From Phycisphaerae bacterium (GTDB taxonomy: Bacteria > Planctomycetota > Phycisphaerae > UBA1845): a stretch of 63,721 bases of DNA. Positions 37,201 through 41,461 of this stretch are shown here, in pieces. Made by a program: the position numbers and the translations under genes. The notes beneath the pieces are model-generated. The model did not search any database. It worked only from the letters and a program-made list of their open reading frames with translations, and had not been told where the DNA came from. The DNA is taken from assembly GCA_036477795.1 (NCBI GenBank), contig JAZGDL010000435.1, forward strand, positions 1 to 63,721, in the 5' to 3' direction. Position 1 is the first letter of the stretch, and each line of letters starts with the position of its first letter.

Positions 37201-38033
37201 CGTCGCTCCCGCTGGCGGGCGATTCAGATAGGATCATCACCGCCCTGGTTGGCGACGTAACCGGCGACCTGCGCGTGAACAACACCGATCTCGGGGCCAT
37301 CGCCGGTTTGATAACGGCGAATTCGCCCGTCGTGTTCGACCCCGCCAACCCCAACCACGTGCGGAGCGATTTGAACCACGACGCCTCGTTCAGCAATCTA
37401 GACGTTCAGGTGGCCCTGCCGTTACGGGGCCGTGACGCTACATCGATCCCCGACCCGATCCTGCCGACGGGCGCCCCTCAGACGACCCAGTCGTCGCCGA
37501 TTAAGCCCACGGATTCGAATCCGTGGGATGCGAATGCCGACCTCGACTCGCCGTTTCAATTCACACCGGCGGATGCCCATGTCGTCATCGGTCCACGCCG
37601 TCCGGATGAAGGCCCGATCCGTCGCGCATTGCAAAAGGGCCTACGCATCGTGCAAAAGGCGTTGCGAATCAATGACGCGCCCAAACCCATGGTCGCGCAG
37701 AGGCTTATGCCCACCGACGGGGTGGTATCGCTCAAGTCCAACAGGATGCGGCCACCCACCATTGACATTCTGTCATTGCTGAATCAACGGGAGACCGGGC
37801 CGCAACACCCGGTCCGCAAGTCCCCGCCCGTCATCGAGGGACGCCTGAGCGAATTGACGATTCTGGACGAAGCTTGGCGGACGCCGGTCGATTTGTTCGG
37901 CGATTCGGACGGCGACCGCCCACTCTTGCGGCGAAGTTCGACAGTCCATCCGTCACGGCTCGAAGCCGATCACCGTGTGGACGTGCTCGCCATGGCCGGC
38001 GGCTCCAGTCACGCTCGGGGAGGAGCTCGGTAA
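13281..38033 (+). CDS. Giant multidomain surface/secreted protein, 8250 aa
   Basis: Uninterrupted ORF with GGAGG 8 nt upstream of the ATG. N-terminal motif YYFEPLEPRVLLSG, with no classical signal peptide. RTX GGxGxD nonapeptide blocks at about 19170-19900, 21880-22570, 23650-23860, 26500-26660, 27120-27260 and 31040-31150. FG-GAP propeller at about 28050-29600. LRR at about 31390-32060. ELWxxDG repeats at about 33640-34760. About 7 PKD domains at about 34850-36850. Dockerin-like pair at about 37245-37420. Low-complexity tail. Confidence 0.95.
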   Translation: MRTSTSEARDGGYYFEPLEPRVLLSGTMLTLDRPDELLGNPGGMTIDAGDRAAFEEGLSAVRSVLESVSVLDEYLAQLPLVGGSVLDRLPSFDALQDQVIDQIESFFQDNPAPVVSLFESHFEGLGWTVDFNAVTHELSASVPVNIDVTLTEQDVDLSSRDPIELSGGDLSLGLDLPSMDVHGQLDLDITFGVDLDNSAFFTQVPNFTATLDAGADPLNAEATLGFLALSVVGGSLDFQAGLDIDIGNGQVLTLSQLQNTPISQLVDVNVDPSSSISAELPLQLTAGVGNLFTLSGTPHVTLSVSDLFGVSDGPTFDYQVQDLDQLSDFEVASPAAVISAFSQLANWFNNFGLSEVFDLELPFLDGVDLSALDLGEAMTQAFTEQLQAIRLTAPNNAPTGMVTANLTLRLNDQQNVSVGISGNFANTDALVTTINTQLTTKLSQLFDENEVDFRGMVEANNANGRVEFVANPSKVTQVRVSYTGMQGLGFEQNQEASGLAFDSIQSLATLLGNALEGNTLGLAAQVGVNPTYDPETHELTFNVAFTEELVSVKEPLSFGHDFGALGAINTSSTMSFMSTVSGAFTFGFLLQPLAPDFVLTDQTSLDQLVALNGFKNKTFADLLASSGHELTITLRDGTTHNIDLNGASTIGDVRNLIQTQSPVTVQINDDQNGLDLIHPNNVSGSSNFTVRAANSAFAIYALGLLATGEESGGQWVIRGTPLHGETLADRMFLRDDASIGGRIDAMAADIDASAMFGRNPVEEDRFFVEIGIVDGGAVGSAEITVGLADPDNSGNIFLSELIDAVADDVTSIIDAFSPDPTGHFIVNLPVEVSFLNIETSPMPGEGPRIVLEWDASDPTTIEPMFLNLEDLLSFENVGVSDIISALTGPGGLIDYLRQIEGVDEFFTMDIPLLDASLGDLVDFVDRFAADFEKFEQSPASSLQTLAQSLAQTLGIPASLVDVAFDSVSAPSTSEGGNHGLQSVGFAGAGTGPVLNIGFTWMRGFEEQKPLNLDLGELIGLDALGNLVDVGGNALLDVQGGVRFELQMGLDLSDPLNPEPFVYDSTEAVLSLGAGANSMDMSAALGPLGVFVRDGLVALGRRDDIGAPAELTFGLEDNDGDGRIALFELGFSNADIDLDAQVMANLPMFFPTASNGIGPLNLTIADLRDIPGTITTQTPDFSSALDNLNLGQNLSAMFDGWIGLLTFLEDALDGEVFGIELPIIGDKLASASDFFGQMRDAVLGVLSPDDLMVTGEELAAIEGGESVGIDPIEALRQALFDGLGDTGWLLDAPGTSPGVNIDDIVIVQGPDSIEFQMRLGHGLLDVPSDSGFDFDLGMPGLGLEAEGQIDFTSAFEMDLGFGITLDEGVYVNFDPFGEGDDITVDVHAGVPGFTATGELLFLQLDLNDEDAFGDDGDEYSPSSLDALFGVDLDGAEGNGRILLTELFSGLSELEASVNLDVDVNLEGQASFGGLAQFPSMDFFFDLDWSGSASTATGFDFDTAPEIWFRDVRLDFGTVIGDLLGPVVDSVGDVLGPTSDVLDILTTPLPLISDLGGDVTLIDIATIFGEVEGVAEFLSALSDVTDLIDFLETFDAGDGELFLNVGSFQISGEEALDGNMKGGLTPTTTVEGDPLGDIDPNSPAGQAFIMAQNVGGTAAQRSAQPSQDPVGFSFPIVQDPSEAFSLLLGGNPSIIEYDFPEFVLGFEYSQFFPIIGPLGAQVTGSVGANFDFGFGYDTFGIRQFAESDFNNFGAIFEGFFIKDLNDAGEDVPEVQLIAEISAGVEINVGVGRAGVEGGIRGTIDFNLNDPDGDGRVRVNELAENVALEGNPFHIFDISATIDAFLRAYLEIIPIIDIDITIVDVTIIDIDFPRPDSTPRLAEVDAMGMLNVNIGSRAGNRLHGDVADGAESFILRPGDNAGEVIVEAFGLRQTYSDVANILVADAGVGNDSIILAGGLEIPSEIHGGAGDDTLTGSKGPVTFYGDGGNDTLMGSSVDDMLFGGAGMDTIHAGRGDDHVDGGDGADMLFGDSGADVMMGGAGDDQLFGGRGDDNLDGGMGVDQLFGDENNDLLVGGDGDDRLEGGLGNDALIGDIGTAAVNATGDWVIDEGSLSGSGNDVLLGNAGFDVMHGGAGNDDLRGGAGGDTMFGGLGSDLLRGESGNDFLDGGEGDDDGSPFGASAGLIGGQGSDTLVGGWGKDRIYAGINEFGGGAAGENHIIFGDVQDPDAPAPGSPSDHADVIYGDLGNDTIDAGYGDDNVTTFIGSATVRGQQGADTILIAAVGSDIVFVDGGTENDTVNLTTGLGNVDVFGGAGNDIININADRIISVDLGSGNDVLTVNGLGQGQIFVLGGAGTDDIDLGAAGAILAGGGPVIVFGDADGLALPGGANDDIRIFATGPVTVDAGEGADTVDIQGPAGNVIVDGDGSASAANSGADDIDIVSSASVTVDAGPADDFVTILGPVTGAVNIIGGGGADDIDLGTASNPTGAPLVNVFSDGDSGPIATGGVDHIDLYAPGAINVDSGEAGDFVTIRGGAGAITVLADGAPGTIGLNSSGADNVDIVGDGDVTVQAGAHDDDVTINGAGLGDVKVVGDHGSDEITIGNPGGILASGAVDVFADGEFGAIAGGAADVVDIYADGPVTADLGEAGDDLSVHGFADGPVTVFGDGPLGLESISEQASPGGPDVIDIVAGTGAITVYGQAGDDDIHIEATGGDSLVYGHEGDDTIRIIGPGNDSIIAGTGNDTVYGGDGRDVIVGGFGDDVIWGDDELDDGDGTPDALGDVIWGGDLPDEWAGLADFGRQFFSDASDFIEPPGFEVAEQFNPTTYRDRYGLLNVVPLGGLGVSLAGVSYIGDRIDENGNPTGDGKDEIHGGHSSDFIFGGWDEDNLFGGAGRDYIDGGEADDKVRGGDDDDVLLGGLNSDVLRGGEGIDQLYGNEGDDFLFADHGQFGGPFPNDQAGQRLWGGAGFDYLYAYAPSFQAELEFDRIGDELRGGTGGDYLYGNLRMDLLKGGDDNDYLHGDYLEGPTYPRNTLASVNRETSNGEFVGSADRLFGGFGQDQLYGGGGNDTLWGGRDSDWVEGQDGNDRAFGGNGVDILVLDVDGNYHVLGDDFDGFFGNEAEGDVADAREVDILLVEGDKTRDPDNPFIDNIVMTETDVAITGDRDLPGDGRLNKADAGATAEFTLSVTGLGVPMQSVAVSVPNDLTNTNIDNLITDINAQLATALTTSGIPSDAVHAVRAGDRIRLQTVGLGQFSELLITSVNDVTQNVLGIAPDAFVGAFVTGESALPTDGTLGGEASFTVTIDGGGINQQSISVTVPDESSTAGGLVSAVDFAVNHALQTASLPGDAVRAVRVGDFLRLETNGLGASGSITLSNVNAVAGDVLGLSNDQTGTPLSAIVGRQLINVDYSGRSIYVSWRDRGNLPLVEQFQISGLMGDDVIEVHLTEATIEQLSNETPGDPWVTVISGGPGDDRIRGSEGRDRINGGPGSDQLFGFGGNDRIWGAEFGADPNDIDRLFAGQGNDDLIGGENETQFYAWSIHPEVPAGLVSSFDVESFLTDGPGVDFGVVVDDAGSLLLDDGSGAFEFEDTGLNRMLGSEFEASTDYFFGGTGLDFMFGNGGGGETGDLLITRRGVVFSDEDGVLSSDDAWKDYARSTDQVWYLGASAADDTIEVDFVTNPFNPFFGRHVVTLSTDGSFDPRFSGFDNSTAYDGSGEATHETMDEVYDVETELLVSPEMVNEDLGEPDLGTVPRDTQDRLVDPFELTPFDLIQELLGEEDFLAIIIDALGGDDEIIVGETVQVSVWVDAGPGDDVVLIQPQLSFLPDLTDPVGDRNDQRLNAYPLGEVNNEGEIIQPIGLGNSVFTGLTIDSARQDNPDIDWYRFLISPDTPTAPGDELELIALHENDDLNLQFSLLDADGNAEGETAVIGTVPLPFDGRLDADAVFTLITDPVVVTAISTADNDTREDLIDDINAAITSPNFNASLVNGRLRIETVAAGPGANVSIGNTNLVTNDVFGLVNNHPQVVVPLLSGLETSLNEETWVRVESVGNVPTDYALVFSMASLEDGPDTLLTPAGEPVGDTRATAFALDRDQPINRIDDVVGLTLHGPTLHGPTDEDWYSFRLGASRGTNPIRITSHTPTTRLGIELYHANDPVPIHSATTSGDQPTAEVHLGSTNQPQNPDDELYYVRVVRQSDLAHPGERARYDLFLNVGSEVQPDTTVDDPFVLPSLDQILPVTDPSLDQPGDETWYSLTLSEPARAGEGIGIRSVGAFSDLTASIYQVLNPEFLTNGGGSVTVEDLIDQGAVTSALATIETGELVDLGAATEVVDRGTQVLDLADLGPDVPDTAVTYLIGVSVAQRDLNGDGQPDPTAPGYELFSISSAVSKSRLNLVAGESQDLSGRSPLDRRDVLIGGTGDDRLVGGTGEDWVIAGDGNDVLSGGLDRQASDLLFGGAGDDIFQLLPDAQPIIPSTGRNGDPRFLDDVQSGDAALADMFDGGSGDDQVLYLGGDLGEDGVPIRDFVAIGYDRFLHRYRLTSLLWDQGNHLFVADPQTDRFDQHFAYFQARDIERTVIDTGDGVDVVHADAGYILNGETWGIARGDVEDNGLAYQSIEIRGGDGKDWLYGGAGVDIIYGEGNKDFIAGGEGDDHILGGPGNDELSGNRGNFAVPNPDENPSDPDDDFLYVGFSERPPNTPDDVTQSGGGVLVGDPLAQDIYEFDSNIAFPLAADRPRPTGIDIPGRSAVDDSGGAERGYLESGDNWSNGPLEGFGGGSRSHQSVLLSDPASVEWLFESLTPGEYEIFATWPGDPVNPNLQYATNTPFEVFVDVNATPELSMLVNQRLAPQDLVEQGWSWQRLGVVTVADGVVRVRMTNDANAEVLADAVRISPVEPFLSDAFALEGPEGATSGQDPQPGSQLSLFQEIGDINDDRVTDYIVSGSGTPSSDSYILLGPVDRDSLFRVDSLDINGDTINDLLVRGAGYNFEVTFDTNEELEGSAGSFRVGGRAAIVVDGTTLGRPAETMGDVDGDGLGDLMFLSQEDGTGNWIVSVVRGRTPADGGFDRFLDDSYVDYSITLPAEIAQDISEIGVHTLDWNNDGWDDVLVQWQRDVSLMAGVEQVGLLFSGQTLVAMGDVNQNHASTRFRRDDFHNPGTISDLTSIVVGDVNGDGFEDVVFGDQRFAAGMPNSGRGYLILGRPSFVSDIYLDHATANLVQSDYIWSGVGLGAGVFSLGDVNSDGYDDFALTRSLSGTAQDNRDGVIVYGGGPNLTVQPTAQPPVLNDSNNELVRVDRNVPSGQFVHGDLFVQAGDFDGDGRTDLAIGEPVRHLSPTAGEVSDESLVDPSGGFLHLFWSGLDVAVPTTPTAPVQLSLAFADVSIEGEVGRDQFGRLPGSGNLDLDGDRINELIVGAAAADVRTGVAGNGPNDVDRDAGRVYVIFGGTGRQVQLPTSGVNFLTNRDIPGGGLFVVDPATGQPFRSELAVLEDSAVLVGFDPLPADGRLGAGLSGSFALALEGLLEGSAVSDPIVIFDDPTNQTAQDLVNDIQGAFNNVFIGNQLLSSVVQPVLDAQGQLRLETIGLGTDGRITVVNVNDVTRNVLRLREGDTGAYELEDWHRFGTLGDGQIGNQIRVLLRDPESGVLNVSRPALALSFSTAPDGGDRPILFVNGTLAPDGTAADVMPPVFFGPSLEVGGGAGRVGIMEFDLTGLLGYMDNPELIDNVTLQLLMAHEAGGQANPGTLSVSLLDDKADVAVTATDVSRTAEFFEGIEQSFLTGNGWPTSSEGNEFFVTLDLTQHIRDALAAGKTRVSLRFESDVAFPLFIEGLGSGRSELSFEVAPRGGVVFDVFDADGHRLTGTRVLEGGFGGSGQRIDAGASVLDMRDLDAGEYFVRVYDPFENLYEAGRPAALDYLIEISPPKLGDADVPPERDEIYGEDGNDVIAGNNYVDRLYGGPGIDTFTAEALEVRDRGLVTGNPAIDDLLPPDIEARPLPAPGEDGGRVARPDNFEVEFASLDMELLIADALGLTTLTPTGTERVPRPLLATDLTQLLELNLSNMDLVVREIKDDGGMFVGRDDLKGLDYAVNLEYLSLDRNELENIGFILPGIRPERETQGELGLRGLRYLDLDYNPLVPQLNESVLGLLELEPLQPVTILRGMQYLSADGIADPFGQEPPEGQDAYHSLLLWVDDLTQLRWLSATGTGTADFAPLRDLDALQYAYLGENAFADDPDSGQFVLNVFAGANDLRWLDLSGSAVGELRDLLGVYLVDDNDREYSEIGSGWLNDENELAFDDDYRVLFNGEEESLAVAAFDGLAEDVYDVFVTWPADASRGPVQYTATIGGEIPVQSAQVDQTQSPAGDALPLALGQVIRGTTDLPVSGNLTATATFSIEVNGLPGGPATVNVQVLDQGDNDTIDELVNEVDVRIGGALAVLGNPDLPQGSIRAIRVNERLWLQTVGLGENVSLDLSAANAVTQNVLGLSAGQTSEVVGLTDGVWENVLSGVALEGDASIALATLNGPFGTTAADAVAVVLSDPFPLLQAVDLGGSVVLNNRALDFLLDELRIRVAGNNTSGDAIAAGVVAESLDATFFMVTPIEPQFTEADASDPLEIPLSLVNPIAPVDFAVVLDGPGVAAVVNGNTLSLTPDTGFTGSVVVTVRAEESDGGRTAEERFDLHVGVGAAYGSVAGLSQDELGQPTLDVLEGLTLYLDEFRNGVFDPGFERLTVADVNGNFVFTDLPFLPESNTHAVGILLPDDQVVPTAASGSPSGEGWIQTDGGSDERELYTVLLNVLDGQDVTSDGFVEFNNALYFAVDNAQVWRFDGAAVETVWTGADPKDFVPFGGDLYFAGAGEMQRLSVDGNGQVAVQTVDVNPGGDSAPVDLTVFNDVLYFGAAGTGTDRELWQLVEDAGGVPQVSQAADINAGGSSDPQSLLVYDIDELLAPALYFSAQHATLGRELWRYDGVSAPQLLDIVAGAGSSNPVLETAYDGGEADFAALYFAAQQTGGGAVVPLRLRFSFTQFGLDDNWYNQDLTNPAEFTVVGDALYLVADEAAAGRELFRFANANSNLTVFDVAPGMSGSGPEYLVPFDGTVYFAADNGAAGRELWRVDGDEAVQVADVDPSGASSPSHLTVFADALSDRPTFGETLYMVATNGEGSPDLWRAGYTRGLASIAPSNGMAIFDTSVDPDLSFAAVQGLAVRVNGLFGDAEVEEGSEIQLDAVLAAETGILQPTYSWVVESSNGQVIPPGDQPTLAFTPSDDGLYQVTLTVSDAADLFRSVSASVFIATGNVAPEVEIVSADAQFPAGYDEGQVITLDASVFDPGDDAHTYLWQVAASNGQIVPDGMSPQLVFSAEQAGMYTVTLTVTDDEGAFDTAEVLLTANDVAPEISVNIVPGVGDVVDEGTPFAADGSFVDAPNDVWTATVDYGDGSGVQPLPLNPDQTFLLEHVYADNPDVGDSYMVTVTVDDGDNNSALSFPVTVNNVAPTASIDEFPTEIVDEGQPVTLIGSATDVPSDLDEITFNWSVVASNGQQIPSGAGELLPDGRTSFTFTPNDDGLYTVSLAASDADDAGEAVSVPITVGDVPPSIVLDVETPGPFFEGGLVELSADVTDPVKGTGDFTYVWEADGPNSQHETGDGLTFSFAPNDDGAYNVLFTVFDDGEQVAQESMTIDVLNVAPVADIDVVPPGPFFEGGSIVVGGVGTDVGVNDELSLDWSVSAGNGQVNFPQGDGSVYGFTFQNDGEYVIELTVTDDSEASHTDRVVIHVDNVAPSFALEEVPAVVLGEAATIAGSATDPGVTGLPGVVDDLLTATVDFDDGTVDSVVIAHGTFSLNHVYAERGVYDVTVTVDDEVDQTSQMIQIVVSDLTVEAWYSVALHDGIEATLSIPDDGLFSEPRQSGVNTLLIEFSEAIDPGSFAPEDVMVVGVDANGQAVNLAGINVSTSTRDGDTVAVVTFSGPLPDYARYLVSITGIVSADSEALPSLPLAGDSDRIITALVGDVTGDLRVNNTDLGAIAGLITANSPVVFDPANPNHVRSDLNHDASFSNLDVQVALPLRGRDATSIPDPILPTGAPQTTQSSPIKPTDSNPWDANADLDSPFQFTPADAHVVIGPRRPDEGPIRRALQKGLRIVQKALRINDAPKPMVAQRLMPTDGVVSLKSNRMRPPTIDILSLLNQRETGPQHPVRKSPPVIEGRLSELTILDEAWRTPVDLFGDSDGDRPLLRRSSTVHPSRLEADHRVDVLAMAGGSSHARGGAR

Positions 38034-38932
38034 TGCGGTGCAGACTTCATTGCAACTACTCGCCGATCGTCGCCGCTCTAGCGGTGGGTGTGGCATCGTT
38101 TGGGGTGGGGCCGTCCCGCGCGGACTACCTGCTCTACGCTGTCAGCGACGGGTGCACCGCTGACAAAGTCAATCCGGGCGATACCGTGGAGGTCGAGTTG
38201 TGGCTGTCGTCGGACAATGAGGATCACAGCAACTCGATCATCGTGCAGATCGCGTTTTCGTCACCCGGGTGGGTGTACAACTCGTTGACCTGGCACGGCG
38301 TGTACGCGGGGAGCATCTACGACGACAGCACGCCCGACGCCTTCCCCGTCATGTTGACACCTGACGTTCTCACCGGCCCCAGTCACCCCGCCGGCGTCGT
38401 GGACATCGAGTTGTCCAACGTCGCCATCGATCCTTATTGCGTCGGGCCCAACAATGCCGGGGCCGGTCCGTGCGACTGTCCCGGCGGCACGTGCATCGGC
38501 GGCCAATGCGTTGGGGGCCCTTTTGCGGGATCATCCTGCTCGATGAACTGCCCCAGCGGGGTGGTCTGCACCAACCGTTTTGCCGAGGGCCTGCTGGCCA
38601 CGCTGTCACTCACCGTGCCGCCCGATTTCACCGGATCGGATGTGGTCATCGTTCAACCCGTTGTCGACACCATTGCCAACGGATTCGACGAAGTGTCCAC
38701 GTCAGCGTGGCCGGGTTTGGCGGTGTATTTGGAATGCGTCGTCGCCGGGGACATTGATTGTGACGGGGCGGTGACGCTGAACGACTACAACGAGTGGGAA
38801 TCGTGCCTGACGGGTCCGGGGGGAATCGTCTCGCCGGGGTGTGTGCCTTTTGATTTTGATGGCGATAGCGACGTCGATATGTTAGACTGGAGTGGTTTTC
38901 AACGTGATTTCACGTTGCTCTGTGGCCTTTGA
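38033..38932 (+). CDS. Secreted cohesin-like beta-sandwich protein with a Cys-rich insert and a C-terminal dockerin-like module
   Basis: The ATG overlaps the giant gene stop (TAATG at 38031-38035). Signal peptide IVAALAVGVASFGVGPSRA. Cohesin-like segments are VNPGDTVEVELWLSS...IIVQIAFSS and GLLATLSLTVPPDFTGSDVVIVQP. The EF-hand pair is GDIDCDGAVTLNDY / FDFDGDSDVDMLDW. The longest ORF starts at 37874, inside the giant gene. Confidence 0.75.
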   Translation: MRCRLHCNYSPIVAALAVGVASFGVGPSRADYLLYAVSDGCTADKVNPGDTVEVELWLSSDNEDHSNSIIVQIAFSSPGWVYNSLTWHGVYAGSIYDDSTPDAFPVMLTPDVLTGPSHPAGVVDIELSNVAIDPYCVGPNNAGAGPCDCPGGTCIGGQCVGGPFAGSSCSMNCPSGVVCTNRFAEGLLATLSLTVPPDFTGSDVVIVQPVVDTIANGFDEVSTSAWPGLAVYLECVVAGDIDCDGAVTLNDYNEWESCLTGPGGIVSPGCVPFDFDGDSDVDMLDWSGFQRDFTLLCGL

Positions 38933-39039
38933 AAGAAATGGGTTTGGAATAGATACACGAGGTGCCGCGCCGTTCTGTTCGCGGATGGGCTCATTCACTG
39001 GATGTATGACAAGAAAACTTGACGTGAGGTAGCGGAAAG

Positions 39040-41286
39040 ATGTCACACACTGCAATGATGTTAGTTACCGGTTTGTTGTACTCGATAGGTCCGTCTAACC
39101 GGGGGCCGGCCGGCGCGTCGGACCGGCAGCAAACGGACAATCCCTACACGCTCACCGAGTCCTCCGTGCAAGGTGATCCGGTGATTGTCAACCGGCCGCA
39201 GCCCGTCGCTCGAGGGGGTGCAGGGGATTGCCCCTATTCGTTAGCGCCGATGGACGTGACCGGCGGCGGGACGACGGCCACGGGCGGCCCGGTGGACGAT
39301 GGGGCGCTCTATTCGCTGATCGGCTCGATTGCGTGGATCAGCCAGAGTGAGCAATCTACCGGCGGAGACTACACGATCGATTCCGGCTTTCACAACACTT
39401 CTCATGGCCCGGTGACCTGTTTCGGGAGCTCGGGGATCGACTGCAACAACAACTTCATCGACGACGAGTGCGATATCGCGGCTGGTTTCAGTCTGGATCG
39501 TGACGGTAATTGCCAGCCGGACGAGTGCGACGATTGTATCGGCGTGGACCTGATCGCCAATGCGTGCCGCCTTGATTGCGGCGCGTTCGACGGCGCTTGC
39601 GAGGTGACCGGCTGCGGCGAGAGTATAGACGTCGACGGCAACGGCGTTCCTGACTTGTGTGACCCCGATTGCGACGGCGACGGCATCCCCAACTCCGTCG
39701 ACGATCCATCATTCCGCTTTTATGTAGATGGCGATGCTACCGGAGCCGGCGACGGATCGACTTGGACCGATGCGTTCACCGACCTGCAAGACGCCATCTG
39801 TGCCGCTCGCGGACTGCAGCCCTATTGCACTCCGGCGACGTGCAAGACATGCTCGACCAGTCCCACCGATATCAACAACAGCGTGTCGGTGGAAATCTGG
39901 GTTGCTGATGGGATTTATACTCCCGCCGTCAGCGCTCGCGACGATCATTTCCGGTTGACAACCTGCGTGGCGCTGTACGGCGGTTTTGCAGGCGACGAGA
40001 CCGAGCGTGACCAGCGCGATCCGCAGGCCCATACGACAACCCTCAGCGGCGATCTTGCGGATGACGACGCCCAACCCAACGGGAACGCGGAAAACAGTTT
40101 CCACGTGGTCGATTCCAGTCCGGAGGGGCAGATCGCCCAGGATAGCTCAGCCGTCCTCGACGGCTTCACGGTCACCGGCGGTAACGCCAATGGAAACACG
40201 GGCGGGAACAAGGTGGGCGGCGGGCTGAGGACGTTCTTTGCCTCGCCATCCGTTGTCGGTTGTGTTTTCGAAAACAACTTCGCTCTTAATCGTGGTGGCG
40301 GAGTCTTTTTGACTATTGGGAGTACCTCTACCTTTGAGAATTGTACGTTTCGCGACAACTCAGCCCAACTCGGCGGCGGGTTCTCGTCGGGCAACGGCGT
40401 AGCCGCGAGACTTTCCCGGTGTGTCTTTGCGGACAATACCGCCTTCATCGGGAGCCTCATTGATTCCGGCTCCGGCGGCGCGTTTTCCGCCCAACAAAAC
40501 AGCACGCCGGTCCTGATCGACTGCGTTTTCCACGGCAATCACGCCGACCGTTACGGCGGGGCCCTCTACAACAGCAGCAGCGCGACTCGGCTCATCAATG
40601 TCACCATCATTCACAACGACGCGGATTACGTCGGTGGCGGCATCTATGACGTCGATAGCCACACCACCGTCCACAGCTCGACCATCGCCGGCAACCACGC
40701 CGATAACGCCGATGGTCCGGTGACCGGCGGCGGCGGAATCGCCGGACAAAACAGCAACCCCTTCATCGTCAACTCCATCTTGTGGGGCAACACAGCCGCC
40801 GTCGCAGCCGACGTGGAGTCCGCTCAGATCAGCGGCGGTTCACCGGGCATCGGCTACACGATTGTCGAGGGCCTGGATCAGTTCGACCTGCCCGTCAGCG
40901 CCAACTTCGACGCCGATCCTCTTTTTGCCGACCTGCCCGGCGGCGACGTGCAGTTGATGACCGGATCGCCGGCCATCGACCGCGGCGATCGCTATCAGCT
41001 CCCGCTGGATCCGGCGAGTGTCCACGCGGGCGTGGCCCAGCCACTCCAACACGATCTCGCGGGTCAGCCTCGCGTCGCCGGTCCGGAACTCGACCTCGGC
41101 GCCTTTGAACTCTTCGTATGCAGTTCGACGTTTTTCCTCGACCCGGACTGGATCAACTTTGTCGAATGCGTGACAGGGCCTGCAGGTGAGATCAAGAACG
41201 GCCTGTGTGCGTGCTACGATTCCGACGCCGACCAGGATGTAGACTTCAACGACTTCGCCACCTTCCAAATCGCCCTAAGCCCATGA
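39040..41286 (+). CDS. Secreted right-handed beta-helix (Pmp/pectin-lyase-like) protein with TSP3-like Ca-binding repeats
   Basis: 748 aa. DVDGNGVPDLCDPDCDGDGIPNSVDD is followed by FYVDGDATGAGDGSTWTDAFTDLQDAI. FxxN/GGG repeats are present (FENNFALNRGGGVF, FRDNSAQLGGGF, FHGNHADRYGGALYN). The C-terminal loop YDSDADQDVDFNDFATFQ is dockerin-like. Confidence 0.8.
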   Translation: MSHTAMMLVTGLLYSIGPSNRGPAGASDRQQTDNPYTLTESSVQGDPVIVNRPQPVARGGAGDCPYSLAPMDVTGGGTTATGGPVDDGALYSLIGSIAWISQSEQSTGGDYTIDSGFHNTSHGPVTCFGSSGIDCNNNFIDDECDIAAGFSLDRDGNCQPDECDDCIGVDLIANACRLDCGAFDGACEVTGCGESIDVDGNGVPDLCDPDCDGDGIPNSVDDPSFRFYVDGDATGAGDGSTWTDAFTDLQDAICAARGLQPYCTPATCKTCSTSPTDINNSVSVEIWVADGIYTPAVSARDDHFRLTTCVALYGGFAGDETERDQRDPQAHTTTLSGDLADDDAQPNGNAENSFHVVDSSPEGQIAQDSSAVLDGFTVTGGNANGNTGGNKVGGGLRTFFASPSVVGCVFENNFALNRGGGVFLTIGSTSTFENCTFRDNSAQLGGGFSSGNGVAARLSRCVFADNTAFIGSLIDSGSGGAFSAQQNSTPVLIDCVFHGNHADRYGGALYNSSSATRLINVTIIHNDADYVGGGIYDVDSHTTVHSSTIAGNHADNADGPVTGGGGIAGQNSNPFIVNSILWGNTAAVAADVESAQISGGSPGIGYTIVEGLDQFDLPVSANFDADPLFADLPGGDVQLMTGSPAIDRGDRYQLPLDPASVHAGVAQPLQHDLAGQPRVAGPELDLGAFELFVCSSTFFLDPDWINFVECVTGPAGEIKNGLCACYDSDADQDVDFNDFATFQIALSP

Positions 41287-41432
41287 AAACCTCCAACCTT
41301 CTAACGCATGCGGTCCTTTTGACAACTATGTATTCTGCCCTGGGGGATAGTTTTGCGACGATGCACCATCAAGGCGTCGTCGCCGGTCGTGGCGAACGCT
41401 TTGCGGGTCAGGGAGCGTTTCTATTTGCATAG
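41283..41432 (+). pseudogene. 49-codon stub of a fibre paralogue (signal peptide plus the first ~23 aa of the shared N-domain)
   Basis: MKTSNLLTHAVLLTTMYSALGDSFATMHHQGVVAGRGERFAGQGAFLFA-stop. The ATG overlaps the upstream stop (ATGA). The intact paralogue starts 30 nt after the stub's stop. Confidence 0.5.
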
Positions 41433-41461
41433 GTAGATGGGGTAACAGGAGGAATGTAACG

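Noticed and set aside
13281-38033. Canonical type I secretion (ABC/MFP/TolC) of the RTX giant protein
   Set aside because: The RTX repeats fit type I secretion, but no ABC transporter or TolC-like gene is in the window. The C-terminus is a dockerin-like module plus a basic low-complexity tail rather than a recognisable T1SS signal. The question is kept open because such genes could lie elsewhere.
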